Part shown: positions 19,161-29,541 of the stretch, one piece after another
Numbering within the stretch: the stretch's first letter is position 1
How the letters are laid out: the number at the start of each line of letters is the position of its first letter
Assembly: GCA_018671515.1 (NCBI GenBank)
Contig: JABHHN010000062.1
Span: 13,746-77,745, forward strand
Length of the DNA: 64,000 nt
Source of the DNA: an archaeon
GTDB taxonomy: Archaea > Nanobdellota > Nanobdellia > Woesearchaeales > GW2011-AR15
Direction: 5' to 3'
Notes under the pieces: generated by a model
Databases searched by the model: none
What the model was told of the DNA's origin: nothing
The model's input: the letters and a program-made list of their open reading frames with translations, nothing else
Translations under genes and position numbers: made by a program

Positions 19161-19309
19161 ATCACCATAAGGAAGACTCTGTCTTCCTAAGTTGTACCAC
19201 AATGTAAAAACATGTGACAATTGCAGAGTGCAAATGTTGAAGTTAGATATAACTTTGACAATAGGAATGGTAATGAGTTATGCACTATGCTATGGAAAAT
19301 TATAGTGAT
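19161..19309. repeat. palindromic intergenic element, family B copy 2, bounded by 10-bp imperfect terminal inverted repeats
   Basis: ATCACCATAA...TTATAGTGAT; hairpins AGGAAGAC-TCT-GTCTTCCT, TTGCA-GAG-TGCAA, TGTTGAAGTTA-GATA-TAACTTTGACA. Confidence 0.88.
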
Positions 19310-19371
19310 GAAAATAATTTAAGATAAAAAAATTACAGATAAAAAAATCAGAATTCTAAAAAATAACTTTC

Positions 19372-20400
19372 TTACTTTATCTCTTCTTTAATTACATTTA
19401 AAAATTGATCAAATGAATCTTCTTGGATATTTGCACCACATGCATATCTATGTCCGCCACCATATCCTTGAACTCCAACCAATGCTTTATCTACAATTTC
19501 TCTAACTTCATATTTTTTTGATCTAAGAGAAATCCTGTAATGTCCTGATTTTTTTCGTCCTATAATTATAAATTTATTAGGATAAAAATGTAATATCTCA
19601 TTTGATAGCATTGATGTAAAAGAAGTCTTGTCTTCAGGACAAATATACATCAAAAGATTTGAATCATCAACTTTTACACCTGATTTTAAATCTTCATATT
19701 TTTCATTCATATTATTATAATGTCTATATATGAATTTTCCCTGTGCTGTTGTCTCATCTAAAATTTCAAATGGATCTTTTATTCTTGTAAGTATTTTAAT
19801 GCATTTTTTTGATTTATCATGCCCACCTTTCATGACATAATTAAATGCTTTTACTAAATCACCAACACGAGATTCAAATAATACATCATCTGGTTTTTCT
19901 GGAACTGATTCTAATAGTTTTGGGTATTCTTTTGAGAACTCTTCTGCAAAGTCTGGTATCATCCAGTCCCCAGTACATCCAATCATTGCAAGCCACATTG
20001 GTCCACCTGTTATTTTATATGACCAATATGAAACACTTCTATTATCTTTACCATCACTATCAATCATAGGATTAAAATATTTTATATTATTTCTTTTAAC
20101 AGGCTTATGATGATCTATCCAAATAATTGGTGATTTACATCCATCTATGAAATCTTGTGAAACATCAGACATATCAAGAACAATAACTAAATCAGGTTGA
20201 TATTCTTCAACTTTTCTAGTAAATGATTCATCTAAAAATGGTTTTGTGTTCACCACAATTCCTTTACTTTCTGTATTTAGATGATAAAATTGCAAGAATG
20301 AACATAATCCATCAGGATCATCATCATAGAAAATTAATGGTCTTGCTGAATTAATAAATCGTTCTTTTATATAATCTAAATCTTTTTGTGAAATTGACAT
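19372..20400 (-). CDS. DHH/DHHA1 family phosphoesterase (RecJ/NrnA-like)
   Basis: DDDPDG, VLD, IDHH, SLRS, GGGH. Confidence 0.92.
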   Translation of the reverse strand: MSISQKDLDYIKERFINSARPLIFYDDDPDGLCSFLQFYHLNTESKGIVVNTKPFLDESFTRKVEEYQPDLVIVLDMSDVSQDFIDGCKSPIIWIDHHKPVKRNNIKYFNPMIDSDGKDNRSVSYWSYKITGGPMWLAMIGCTGDWMIPDFAEEFSKEYPKLLESVPEKPDDVLFESRVGDLVKAFNYVMKGGHDKSKKCIKILTRIKDPFEILDETTAQGKFIYRHYNNMNEKYEDLKSGVKVDDSNLLMYICPEDKTSFTSMLSNEILHFYPNKFIIIGRKKSGHYRISLRSKKYEVREIVDKALVGVQGYGGGHRYACGANIQEDSFDQFLNVIKEEIK

Positions 20401-20511
20401 TTAAAAAGAAAAGAAAAAGAGATGTTATATAAATATTTGTTAACTAAATTTCAATTTAAAATTTTATAAAAAATAAAAAAATTAAATTTGTTCTATTCCA
20501 GCACCTGATTC

Positions 20512-21108
20512 TTATGCAATTGCATCTCTTTTTGCACAAACAGGACTAAAATCAAATTTATCATTTTCAGGATTTATAAAACATTGAGAAAATTTAAAAA
20601 AATTTTCATTTTCTATCGCTTCACCATCTTTTGTATTAAGATCAAAAGAAGAGTAACATGAAAAACCAGGCCCATAAGTTTCTTTACAATCAATATATTT
20701 AATACCTGGAACTCTTAATTCTTCTGATACCGTTGTATCTTCAATAGGAATTTTATCTCTATTTTTTATTGCATTAGAGTTTGTTATACAATAACCATTT
20801 TCAGATTCTCCATAATATGTTAAGCCTGGTTTAACTTCACTTTCTCTTGATTCAAATTTACATTGAAATTCTTTTACTGTATTATCCCCTATTAGTCTTC
20901 CATTTATCCCAAATAAAAATCCTGAGATACATTCTTCTCCTTCTTGATCACAAGAATCTATACCATTTGTCATATCTACACCATCTACTATTGTAGGCTC
21001 TTGAGGTTCTTCTGCAGTTGGTTCTTCTGTAGCTGGCGCACACGATGAGACAAGCATTATTATACTAACTATTAGTATTGGTATTAAATATTTATTTTTA
21101 GATTTCAT
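20512..21108 (-). CDS. Cys-rich lipoprotein
   Basis: Lipobox VSSC and P/E linker. Confidence 0.7.
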   Translation of the reverse strand: MKSKNKYLIPILIVSIIMLVSSCAPATEEPTAEEPQEPTIVDGVDMTNGIDSCDQEGEECISGFLFGINGRLIGDNTVKEFQCKFESRESEVKPGLTYYGESENGYCITNSNAIKNRDKIPIEDTTVSEELRVPGIKYIDCKETYGPGFSCYSSFDLNTKDGEAIENENFFKFSQCFINPENDKFDFSPVCAKRDAIA

Positions 21109-21213
21109 ATTACAATTAATTAAATTCCACTTTAAAAACTTTTTTAATTTTTTAAATAATTAATTCTCTTTCAAAACCATAATCTTTAAATTAATTTCAC
21201 GTCTTCTTGTGAC

Positions 21214-22152
21214 ATGGGTGAAATCAATATGGAAAAAATATATGTCATAGGTCACAAAAATCCTGATACTGATACAACAATTAGTGCAATTGCAATGGCT
21301 AATTTTCTAAATACAATAACTAGAACTGAAAATTATATTCCAGTTACAACTGCAAAGATTAATTCTGAAACTGAATTTGTTCTAAATAAATTTGGATACG
21401 TTGCTCCAGAAATTTTAGAAGACGCAACAGATAAAAAATTATTTCTTGTAGATCATAATGAACAGAGTCAATGGGTTAATGGCGCGTCTGCAGAAAATAT
21501 TCTAGGTTTTGTTGATCATCATAAAATTAAATTCGAAAATTCATTTCCTATTGAAATCATAACAAAACCATGGGGATGTACATGTACAATAATTTATTAT
21601 CTTTTTGAAGGACAAAATATTGAAGTGCCAAAAGAACTAAAACCATTGATGCTTTGTGCAATGCTCTCAGACACAGTTATTCTAAAATCTGTAACCACAA
21701 CAAAAAGGGATAAAAAGTATGTTGAAGATATTTCACAAGAATTAGAAATTGACTACAAAGAAATAGGAATGGAAATGTTCAAAGCAAAAGCTCAAATTTC
21801 AAATAAAACAGCTGATGAAATAATTCATAATGATTTTAAGAATTTCGATTTTAATGCGGGTAAATTTGGAATAGGACAAATTGAAACTCCTGATTTAACT
21901 GATGTTGTAGCAAGAGCTGATGAAATAAAATCTAAAATGCAGGAATTAGTTGAGAGTGAAGGATATCATTCAATGATTATTATGTTAACAGATATTATTG
22001 AAGTTGGATCCAAACTATTAGTTGTATCAAAGGATGAAAATAAAATTGCAGAAATATTCAACACAACAATAGATGATGGACTTAGTGAATTCTTGCCAAG
22101 TGTAATGTCAAGGAAAAAGCAGATAATGCCTAAACTAAGTGAAAAATTTTAA
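21214..22152 (+). CDS. ppaC: family II Mn-dependent inorganic pyrophosphatase
   Basis: GHKNPDTD, LVDHNE, DHH, SDT, DFK, SRKKQ. Confidence 0.95.
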   Translation: MGEINMEKIYVIGHKNPDTDTTISAIAMANFLNTITRTENYIPVTTAKINSETEFVLNKFGYVAPEILEDATDKKLFLVDHNEQSQWVNGASAENILGFVDHHKIKFENSFPIEIITKPWGCTCTIIYYLFEGQNIEVPKELKPLMLCAMLSDTVILKSVTTTKRDKKYVEDISQELEIDYKEIGMEMFKAKAQISNKTADEIIHNDFKNFDFNAGKFGIGQIETPDLTDVVARADEIKSKMQELVESEGYHSMIIMLTDIIEVGSKLLVVSKDENKIAEIFNTTIDDGLSEFLPSVMSRKKQIMPKLSEKF

Positions 22153-22231
22153 TTTTTTTCTAATTATATTTTATTTATCACAGGACATTCTTACAAAATA
22201 TATATAATCTAATTTCATATTTCTTATCTTA

Positions 22232-23449
22232 ATGAATTTCAAATGTCCTTATTGTGGAGGAAGCAGACTTGAACATTTACGTAATTGTCCAAAAGTCTAC
22301 AACATCATCAATAAGAAACAATTCAATGAAAAAGCAAAGAAAGATTATTTTGGAGAATCACCCAATGTTTTTGTTGGGAGATATGGTTATCCAAGAGTAA
22401 ATGTAGGAATTCTTTCTAATGAAGATATTAAAAAAGATCATGACAGCCCTAAAACTTGGGCTGGTGATAATTATAAAATTCCAGACATAGTCAATTTACG
22501 AAGCGAATTAATAAATTCAAGATTTAGAATGGATGTAAAGACATTTGATCAAAAATTCCTTGATGTAACTCAAGAAGTTTCTATGCTTAAAAAACCAGTA
22601 GATGTGGAAATAAATCTAAATAAAAAACCTGCATTTAATATAAATTACAATCAAGATATCACACCCTATGGACCATCTGTTAAACTTGAAAAAGCAAAAA
22701 TTACAGAAAATGTGTCAATTCCAAAAGCAGTTGATAAAGTAGTTAGTGATGATGACTTAAAGGCAAAAAATGCAATGAATTATTTGTATGATAAAGGTTA
22801 TGATGAACATTTTTTGACAAAAGTTATTTCCGCAGGAAATCTTGGTGTAAAACAAGAAAGAAAACTAGTTCCAACTAGATGGTCAATTACTGCAACTGAT
22901 GACATGATTGGTAAAAAACTTATTGATGAAGTAAATGATTTTAGTATGATACAAGATTATTCAATTCATTTTGGTGGTTATTTAGGAAATAATTATCTTA
23001 TTGCATTTTTTCCTGATTCATGGTCATATGAATTATTTGAAAATTATATAGGGGATCCTAAAAACCCGGATCCGTCGGTTTTTGAAACAGGCACAGATTT
23101 TGAAGGATATTATGGAAGAAAAACATATGCAACAAATACAGTAGGTGGATATTATGCAACAAGACTTGCAATTTTAGAACATCTTAAAAGAAATAAAAGA
23201 AAATCAACTGTTCTTGCACTTAGATTCATAACTGATGAATATTGGATGCCACTTGGTGTATGGGTTGTAAGAGAAGCAACAAGAAAAGCACTTGCAAATA
23301 AACCTTTGAAATTAAATTCAAAAGAAGAAGTCCTTAGATATATTGAATTATTCATCAGAAGAAAGTTTTCTTTTAAATTTGATGATATAAAAAGTAAGTC
23401 TAAATTAATAAAGAATCTGATGATGCAGAAGAAATTATTTGAGTTCTAA
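22232..23449 (+). CDS. nreA: Nre family DNA repair protein with C-terminal PIP box
   Basis: VFVGRYGYP, RKLVPTRWSITATD, GGYYA, PLGVWVVRE; terminal QKKLFEF. Confidence 0.9.
   Translation: MNFKCPYCGGSRLEHLRNCPKVYNIINKKQFNEKAKKDYFGESPNVFVGRYGYPRVNVGILSNEDIKKDHDSPKTWAGDNYKIPDIVNLRSELINSRFRMDVKTFDQKFLDVTQEVSMLKKPVDVEINLNKKPAFNINYNQDITPYGPSVKLEKAKITENVSIPKAVDKVVSDDDLKAKNAMNYLYDKGYDEHFLTKVISAGNLGVKQERKLVPTRWSITATDDMIGKKLIDEVNDFSMIQDYSIHFGGYLGNNYLIAFFPDSWSYELFENYIGDPKNPDPSVFETGTDFEGYYGRKTYATNTVGGYYATRLAILEHLKRNKRKSTVLALRFITDEYWMPLGVWVVREATRKALANKPLKLNSKEEVLRYIELFIRRKFSFKFDDIKSKSKLIKNLMMQKKLFEF
23392..23449 (+). repeat. direct repeat copy 1 (nre 3' end)
   Basis: AAGTAAGTCTAAATTAATAAAGAATCTGATGATGCAGAAGAAATTATTTGAGTTCTAA. 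Confidence 0.95.
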
Positions 23450-23516
23450 ATATTTATTACTAATAAGTACTAAATATAGAAAACTTTATATATTAATTGA
23501 GATAAAACCTGAGATT

Positions 23517-25340
23517 ATGCTAGAAGAAGCTATGCAAGTCGGAACTGGTTTAGGTAGTCGTATAACTAATCTTGAAACTCTAATTCCAAGATTAATTGAT
23601 AAAAAAGTTGTTTTTAGACCTGCAAAAGAAACTGAAGTTAATGATTGGGTAGGTTTTAGAACTGATTATATTGATTTAGGTCTTGATCAAATAGACATCG
23701 CATTAAGAGAAGACAAAGAATTAGATTATGAAAAGGCAGAAAATAATATCTATTATCATATTAGTAAAAAAAAAGAAGATGGTTCTCAAACAAAAATCCC
23801 TAAATTAAGATATTATTTATTAAAAGGATTACATGCAAACAAAGAAAATAGTAACCTTGAAAATATGATATTGAAAAAAGATGGGTTCAAAGACTTTAGC
23901 CCTGAAGATTATAAAGAATTTATTAGTGAAATCAAAAGTAAAGGAATAAAGGTGCAAGAACAAACTATTTTAAAATGGCTTACAGGAGAAGTCATAGCTC
24001 CTAGAAATTGGGAAAATTTCAAACTTCTTGGAGAAATCAATCCAAAATTCAATGATATTCATCGAAGCATATATAATACTTTACAATGTGAAGGAGATAT
24101 GGGTTTTCATACTGATTATCTTTATTATACTAGATTAAGAAGAACCGCACAAAAAAGTATAATGAAAAAACTAAAAAGTAAAAAATATCTAAATAAAAAA
24201 CAACCTGAAAATCTTGAACCTAAAAAAGGGCGTTATCCTATTAAATCTTTTAATTTCACAGATGAAATAGATTCGATTGTGGAAAGATTTATGCAACAAA
24301 TAGATACTGATTTAACATTTGTAAAAGTCTCATATATTAATCAAATTCCTAAACCTAAAAAAAAAAGAAATAAAAAAAAAGCAAAAAATACACAAGAAAG
24401 GGAACATCATCTAGTAAGACAAGGTTTTGTATCACCAAGAGATGTATATAAATTACGTGACCAAGATAATCCTACTCAAATAAGAGATGAATTATATCTT
24501 TTAGAACAGGCATTATATGATGGTTTAACTAGATATATACAACATAGAGAAAATATTAGAACAACAAAAAGTGAAGGTATTTTTGATACAATGATTAATC
24601 AGTATATATTTTCTAGAAAAATCGCTGAAAGTGAAACAAATGTTGATAATTTCAACCACAATATTGATGCTTTAATTTTTAATGAAAAACAAAGAATGAA
24701 AAATAAAAATCAAAAAATCCCTAAAAAATATAATATTAATAGAAAAACTGAATTAATAAAATATGCGAGAACTGAATTTGAAAATTTTGAAAATGATCTT
24801 AAATTAGGATATTTGGATAATAAAATTTTAAAACTTGAACCTGGTACAATGCAAAAATTATTTGATTTAGTAAATAAATATAGGGCAATGACGCCAATAG
24901 AATATACATTTCTAGATATGGCTGATAGTTCATATCAACATAATTTAAAAATTATTAAGATTTTAAAAGAAAAAAACCAATTAAAAAAAAAACAACTAGA
25001 AAAAAAAATGGAAAAAGTAGAAGGTATTAAAGAGATAATTCAAGATTTGGAAGAAAAACTCGAAAAAAATTATGGTATAAAACCTCAAAAAAAATATTTA
25101 TTTTTAGACTATTTTGCAAGTAAAATGACAAGTCAAAATGATGAAGGTGCATTTTATCAAGCAACCATAGTTGAAAATGGTATAGTTAAAAACACTCCTT
25201 TACTTAAGAAATTCAAAAACAGCTATGAGAAACAAGGAATGAAATTTTTTCAAGATTTTGAAGTTGGAGAAGTGTTTAATAAACTTGGTATTTATTCTGC
25301 ATTAAATCTTTTTGATAGACAACTTAATTTTTTTAGATGA
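23517..25340 (+). CDS. hypothetical basic protein lying between the nre-end direct repeats; weak resemblance to the DrmE C-terminal region
   Basis: GIKVQEQTILKWLTGEVIAPRNWENF is HTH-like; ATG 23517 preferred over TTG 23439. Confidence 0.6.
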   Translation: MLEEAMQVGTGLGSRITNLETLIPRLIDKKVVFRPAKETEVNDWVGFRTDYIDLGLDQIDIALREDKELDYEKAENNIYYHISKKKEDGSQTKIPKLRYYLLKGLHANKENSNLENMILKKDGFKDFSPEDYKEFISEIKSKGIKVQEQTILKWLTGEVIAPRNWENFKLLGEINPKFNDIHRSIYNTLQCEGDMGFHTDYLYYTRLRRTAQKSIMKKLKSKKYLNKKQPENLEPKKGRYPIKSFNFTDEIDSIVERFMQQIDTDLTFVKVSYINQIPKPKKKRNKKKAKNTQEREHHLVRQGFVSPRDVYKLRDQDNPTQIRDELYLLEQALYDGLTRYIQHRENIRTTKSEGIFDTMINQYIFSRKIAESETNVDNFNHNIDALIFNEKQRMKNKNQKIPKKYNINRKTELIKYARTEFENFENDLKLGYLDNKILKLEPGTMQKLFDLVNKYRAMTPIEYTFLDMADSSYQHNLKIIKILKEKNQLKKKQLEKKMEKVEGIKEIIQDLEEKLEKNYGIKPQKKYLFLDYFASKMTSQNDEGAFYQATIVENGIVKNTPLLKKFKNSYEKQGMKFFQDFEVGEVFNKLGIYSALNLFDRQLNFFR

Positions 25341-25373
25341 AATTGTATTAAACTAATTTTATAATAAATACAT

Positions 25374-25432
25374 AAGTAAATCTCAAATTGATAAAGAATC
25401 TGATGATGCAGAAGAAATTATTTGAATTCTGA
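25374..25432 (+). repeat. direct repeat copy 2 (orphan nre 3' end)
   Basis: AAGTAAATCTcAAATTGATAAAGAATCTGATGATGCAGAAGAAATTATTTGAATTCTGA. Confidence 0.95.
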
Positions 25433-25433
25433 A

Positions 25434-26681
25434 TTATAGTGATTTTATATGAAAATAATCAACATTTTTTTTAAGAGACGCTGATTTTTGAAATGATGCA
25501 AATCTTAAATTACATCCATATGCTCTCAATATACCTTTGGCATTTTTTGATACTCGATCATCTTTAGCAAAATAATTTCCAACCATAAGAACATCTATTT
25601 CATCTTCCATATAGCCTTTAATTTCATCCCTTGTACCTAATAAACTATCAACTGGTACACAAGATAAATTCATATTTGTAATCCCATCATTCGTCCTCAT
25701 TACTGTATGTCTAATTTTTCTTGCAGGTCTTTCTTCTTTTATTGCATAATATTGTTCTAATGCTTTAAATGCTTCATGAATATATAATGAAGATGCACCA
25801 TGTTCTGAATAATCTCCAGGAGAAAGAGAAACAATCATTTTAGGATTAAATTTTTCTTCTGCTTTCATTGAATCATACATTTTTCTTGCAAACTTAAATG
25901 ATTCCATAGCTAACCATTCTTCAGAATTTTGTTCTTTTTCATTTTCAGGATTTAGGTTTGGATTTTCACCAAATAAAATATCAAATATTTGCTTTCCTCC
26001 TTTTTTTCCAATAATTAATTTTTCATAAAGATCAAGTTTGTGTTTGGTTGATAATTTTATTACACTTTTTGGTATAGGTTCTCCATCTTCAATTTCCAAA
26101 ACATTACCTTCTAAATCTATATAATTTGGAATTCCCCAATCTGAGATTTCGTGTGGAAATACCGCCCATAAATCTGGATCTAACTCATGAATTGTTTCAA
26201 CTAAACCATCATTTTGTAATTTACGATAAGCTTCAGGTCTATCTTTTGCGTAAACAGTAAATAACCTCAATCTTTTTGCAATATTTGTATCATTTGTTTT
26301 ATCATATGCTGCTGCAACATCTATAAGTTTCTGAAATGTTGGACCATTATCAATCATATCCTCAACTATTGGTATAATCATTTCAGGGTTTCCATCTACC
26401 TGATCAGCAATATAATCTAATAATGATTCATCAAATCCAAATACATCTACTTGATGTTGATCACCATTTGTTGTATAAGAACTTGTTTGAATACCAATCC
26501 ATTTTTTTGGAATTTGATGTAAATGTCTTGACACATATATTGGATCAGATTTATTTTTTAGCCCATTTACTTTTTCTATTAATTGAGAATTTGCTTTAGA
26601 AAATGCATTTGCTGTAATATATTCAAGATCAGGATAATTAATATTGATTGGTGTTGTCCCATCTGTGACTGTAAATTGCAT
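25434..26681 (-). CDS. hypothetical protein, C-terminus possibly PRTase-like
   Basis: 415-aa ORF; no intact catalytic motif recognised. Confidence 0.6.
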   Translation of the reverse strand: MQFTVTDGTTPININYPDLEYITANAFSKANSQLIEKVNGLKNKSDPIYVSRHLHQIPKKWIGIQTSSYTTNGDQHQVDVFGFDESLLDYIADQVDGNPEMIIPIVEDMIDNGPTFQKLIDVAAAYDKTNDTNIAKRLRLFTVYAKDRPEAYRKLQNDGLVETIHELDPDLWAVFPHEISDWGIPNYIDLEGNVLEIEDGEPIPKSVIKLSTKHKLDLYEKLIIGKKGGKQIFDILFGENPNLNPENEKEQNSEEWLAMESFKFARKMYDSMKAEEKFNPKMIVSLSPGDYSEHGASSLYIHEAFKALEQYYAIKEERPARKIRHTVMRTNDGITNMNLSCVPVDSLLGTRDEIKGYMEDEIDVLMVGNYFAKDDRVSKNAKGILRAYGCNLRFASFQKSASLKKNVDYFHIKSL

Positions 26682-26755
26682 TACTACGTCATAAACTTCA
26701 AATTATATTTAAATATAACTATTTAAAAGTAGAAACTAAAAATAAAAAATAATTT

Positions 26756-28048
26756 TTAACCTTTCAAGCCTTTCTGGCCTTCAAATGTTCCTGCAGCACT
26801 TTGCATTGTCCATCTGCTATGTTTTGCAAGTCTAAGTAAATTATTACGTCCATCATCACTTACCCCAGCATAACTAAGACCTGATTGAATTCCAGTAATT
26901 AAATTCGCAATAAAAATAGACGTATCACCTAAATATTCTACTTCTCTTTCTCGTCCTTCAGCAGCATCCCATTTAGGTCTTCCTTGTTTTTCTTTTGCTC
27001 GACTTGATGCACTTCCCCAAATCTTTAGTTTATTTGTTTTCTTATTATATCTTTTATTAAAATTTGGACTATCACTTGTTGAACCAAGTTTTGTACCCAT
27101 CATAATTCCTTTACATCCAGTTGCAAAATATTTTACAGCAATACCTGAATCGTTTACTCCACCATCTCCAACGACATCTACACCAAATTCTTTTGCAATT
27201 GTTGCAACATCATACAGACCTGAAATTGTAGGAACTCCAAAACCTGTTATTTTTCTTGTTGTACATGCATATCCTGGACCAACATTTGCTTTTATAATAT
27301 CAACACCAGCTTTACAAAACATATATGCTGCCTTTGGAGTAATTATATTTCCTACCATCAAAACAACATCTGGAAATTTCTGTCTGACATTTTTTATTGC
27401 ATCATACATCTGACCAGAATCACCATGTGCTACATCAAGCACCACAATATCTGCTCCCGCATCAATTATACTTTTTATTCTATCCATAAAATCATATCTA
27501 ATGCCTGTTGCTCCAGCAACAATTAATCTTCCATCTTTGTCAATTGCAGGTTCATATGACCTTCCATCAATAGAAATTTTATTTACTTTTGCACTTTTTA
27601 CTTTTCTGATATCTTTTGTCTGTTCTTCAATTGTCTGAAACTGATGAGTTACTCCAACTCCTCCCATAAGAGCTAAAGTAATTGCAAGTTTAGGACCAAT
27701 TACTGATTCCATATTTGAAGAAAATAATGGAAATGGTAATTTTATTTTTTTAGCAATAGTTACTGTTGTATCACAATCTCGCCTTGATGCTGATCCTGTA
27801 AATGGTACACCAGTTATATCATCAGGAGCCAATGCCATAAGCATATCTTCTCTTGCTAAATTAACAAGCTGGTTTAAATTATATCCACCTCTTGCCCAAG
27901 CCTCAATTCTTGCTTTTTCTGAAAGAATCCATTTATTTTGGTTCCCATCCCAAATAAACTGCGCATCCTTCATTGCTTTTGAAAGAATTTTGTAAACTTC
28001 TTTATCTATTTTCTTATGATTAATCTTTTTCATAAACCAATCCACCAA
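26756..28048 (-). CDS. IMP dehydrogenase / GMP reductase family protein lacking CBS domains
   Basis: SSNMESV, DVAHG, GNI, GPGYACTTR (catalytic Cys), DGG, MMG, AEG, SGLSY. Confidence 0.9.
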   Translation of the reverse strand: MVDWFMKKINHKKIDKEVYKILSKAMKDAQFIWDGNQNKWILSEKARIEAWARGGYNLNQLVNLAREDMLMALAPDDITGVPFTGSASRRDCDTTVTIAKKIKLPFPLFSSNMESVIGPKLAITLALMGGVGVTHQFQTIEEQTKDIRKVKSAKVNKISIDGRSYEPAIDKDGRLIVAGATGIRYDFMDRIKSIIDAGADIVVLDVAHGDSGQMYDAIKNVRQKFPDVVLMVGNIITPKAAYMFCKAGVDIIKANVGPGYACTTRKITGFGVPTISGLYDVATIAKEFGVDVVGDGGVNDSGIAVKYFATGCKGIMMGTKLGSTSDSPNFNKRYNKKTNKLKIWGSASSRAKEKQGRPKWDAAEGREREVEYLGDTSIFIANLITGIQSGLSYAGVSDDGRNNLLRLAKHSRWTMQSAAGTFEGQKGLKG

Positions 28049-28120
28049 ACAAATAAATTGTAAATAGGGTATATAATTGTTTTGGAAATATTTATATTAC
28101 CCAATGTAATAAATAATCAA

Positions 28121-28672
28121 ATGAAAAAGAAAAATATTCTATTTATAATAACTCTAGCAACAATGATTTTTTTATTTAGTGCATGTACTGAATCAACACC
28201 AAAAGAAACTGCTTGTACAATGGATGCAATGATCTGTCCTGATGGAACATCTGTTGGACGTGTTGGTCCAGATTGTGAATTTGAAAAATGTCCTGACTTA
28301 CCCGTTGATGATGGAACTTTAGTAAAAGGATGTACAGAAGAAGCAAAAATATGTCCTGATGGATCTGCAGTTGGAAGGATTCCTCCTAATTGTGAATTTG
28401 CACCTTGTGATCCAAGATATATTGGTCCACCAGAAACAAATAATAAAAATGAAGGAGAAATAGAAGAAAAACACTATTGTCCTGATAGCAGTAGAGGTGC
28501 AGAAATCTGTACATTCGATTACACACCTGTATGTGGATGGTTCAATGAAGATATTCAATGTGTAAAATTTCCCTGTGCTCAAACATATGGAAATTCATGT
28601 GGTGCATGTTCTAATGAAGATGTTGAATATTATACCGAAGGTGAATGCCCAACTGATATGATTGAGGAATAA
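28121..28672 (+). CDS. lipoprotein with two CTxxAxICPDGxxVGR..CEFxxC repeats and a Kazal-like domain
   Basis: Lipobox FSAC; repeats visible; CTFDYTPVCG...TYGNSCGAC. Confidence 0.8.
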   Translation: MKKKNILFIITLATMIFLFSACTESTPKETACTMDAMICPDGTSVGRVGPDCEFEKCPDLPVDDGTLVKGCTEEAKICPDGSAVGRIPPNCEFAPCDPRYIGPPETNNKNEGEIEEKHYCPDSSRGAEICTFDYTPVCGWFNEDIQCVKFPCAQTYGNSCGACSNEDVEYYTEGECPTDMIEE

Positions 28673-28744
28673 GGATTGACTTTTTTTTATTCTTTTTTAT
28701 TGTATTATTTTTGAAATCTGTAAAATATATTTAAATAATTCTTT

Positions 28745-28812
28745 GGGTCTTTGACCCTTTCTATATGCAAGGTCAAATTTGACTTTGCTAGGAAGAAGGC
28801 CTGGTAAGGCCT
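28745..28812. repeat. intergenic triple-hairpin cassette
   Basis: GGGTC-TTT-GACCC; GCAAGGTCA-AATT-TGACTTTGC; AGGCCT-GGTA-AGGCCT. Confidence 0.75.
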
Positions 28813-28941
28813 AAATATTTATGAAAAAATAATATGAAAAAATAAAAAAAAGTAAGTTACTTCAAACATAAATATAAAAAAGAATTATTCCCTTTAATTA
28901 CATCTACTAAATAAATTAATACAAAAAACAAGGTGATTAAT

Positions 28942-29541
28942 ATGGATTTTAAAGAAATTGTTATGAAAAGATATGCTTCCAAAGAATTTGATGGTAAAAA
29001 AATACCACAAGAAAAAGTTGATGAGCTTTTAGAACTAATTAGATACTCAGCTTCATCATTTAATCTGCAAACTTGGAAAGTTAAAGTAATTGAAGATCAA
29101 GAAACAAAAGATAAGTTGCTAGCAGCTTCAATGAATCAACCACAAATAACAACTTGTTCACATCTTTTGGTGTTCTGCGCAGATGCAAATATTATGTCAA
29201 ATATAAAAAAGATAGAAAAAATGATGAAAGATGCAGGAGTCCCTGAAGCAGGATATAAAGGATATATAGATATGATGATTGGTTTTGAATCAAGTATGAA
29301 TGATGCAAAAAGAGTTGAATATGCAAAAGAACAGGTTTTCATTGCTCTTGGAAATGCACTAAATGGTGCAGCATCTCTTGGATTTGATTCTTGTCCAATG
29401 GGTGGATTTAATCCAGTTGAATTTAAAAAAATATTAGAACTTCCAGAAAATCTTCATCCAGCTGTCTTATGTCCAATTGGATATGGTGCAGATGAACCAA
29501 AACCTAAAATGAGATTTTCAAAAGAAGATGTATTTTTTTAA
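28942..29541 (+). CDS. nitroreductase family NAD(P)H oxidoreductase
   Basis: RYASKEFD, SASSFNLQTW, DSCPMGGF; AGGTGA SD before ATG 28942. Confidence 0.93.
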   Translation: MDFKEIVMKRYASKEFDGKKIPQEKVDELLELIRYSASSFNLQTWKVKVIEDQETKDKLLAASMNQPQITTCSHLLVFCADANIMSNIKKIEKMMKDAGVPEAGYKGYIDMMIGFESSMNDAKRVEYAKEQVFIALGNALNGAASLGFDSCPMGGFNPVEFKKILELPENLHPAVLCPIGYGADEPKPKMRFSKEDVFF

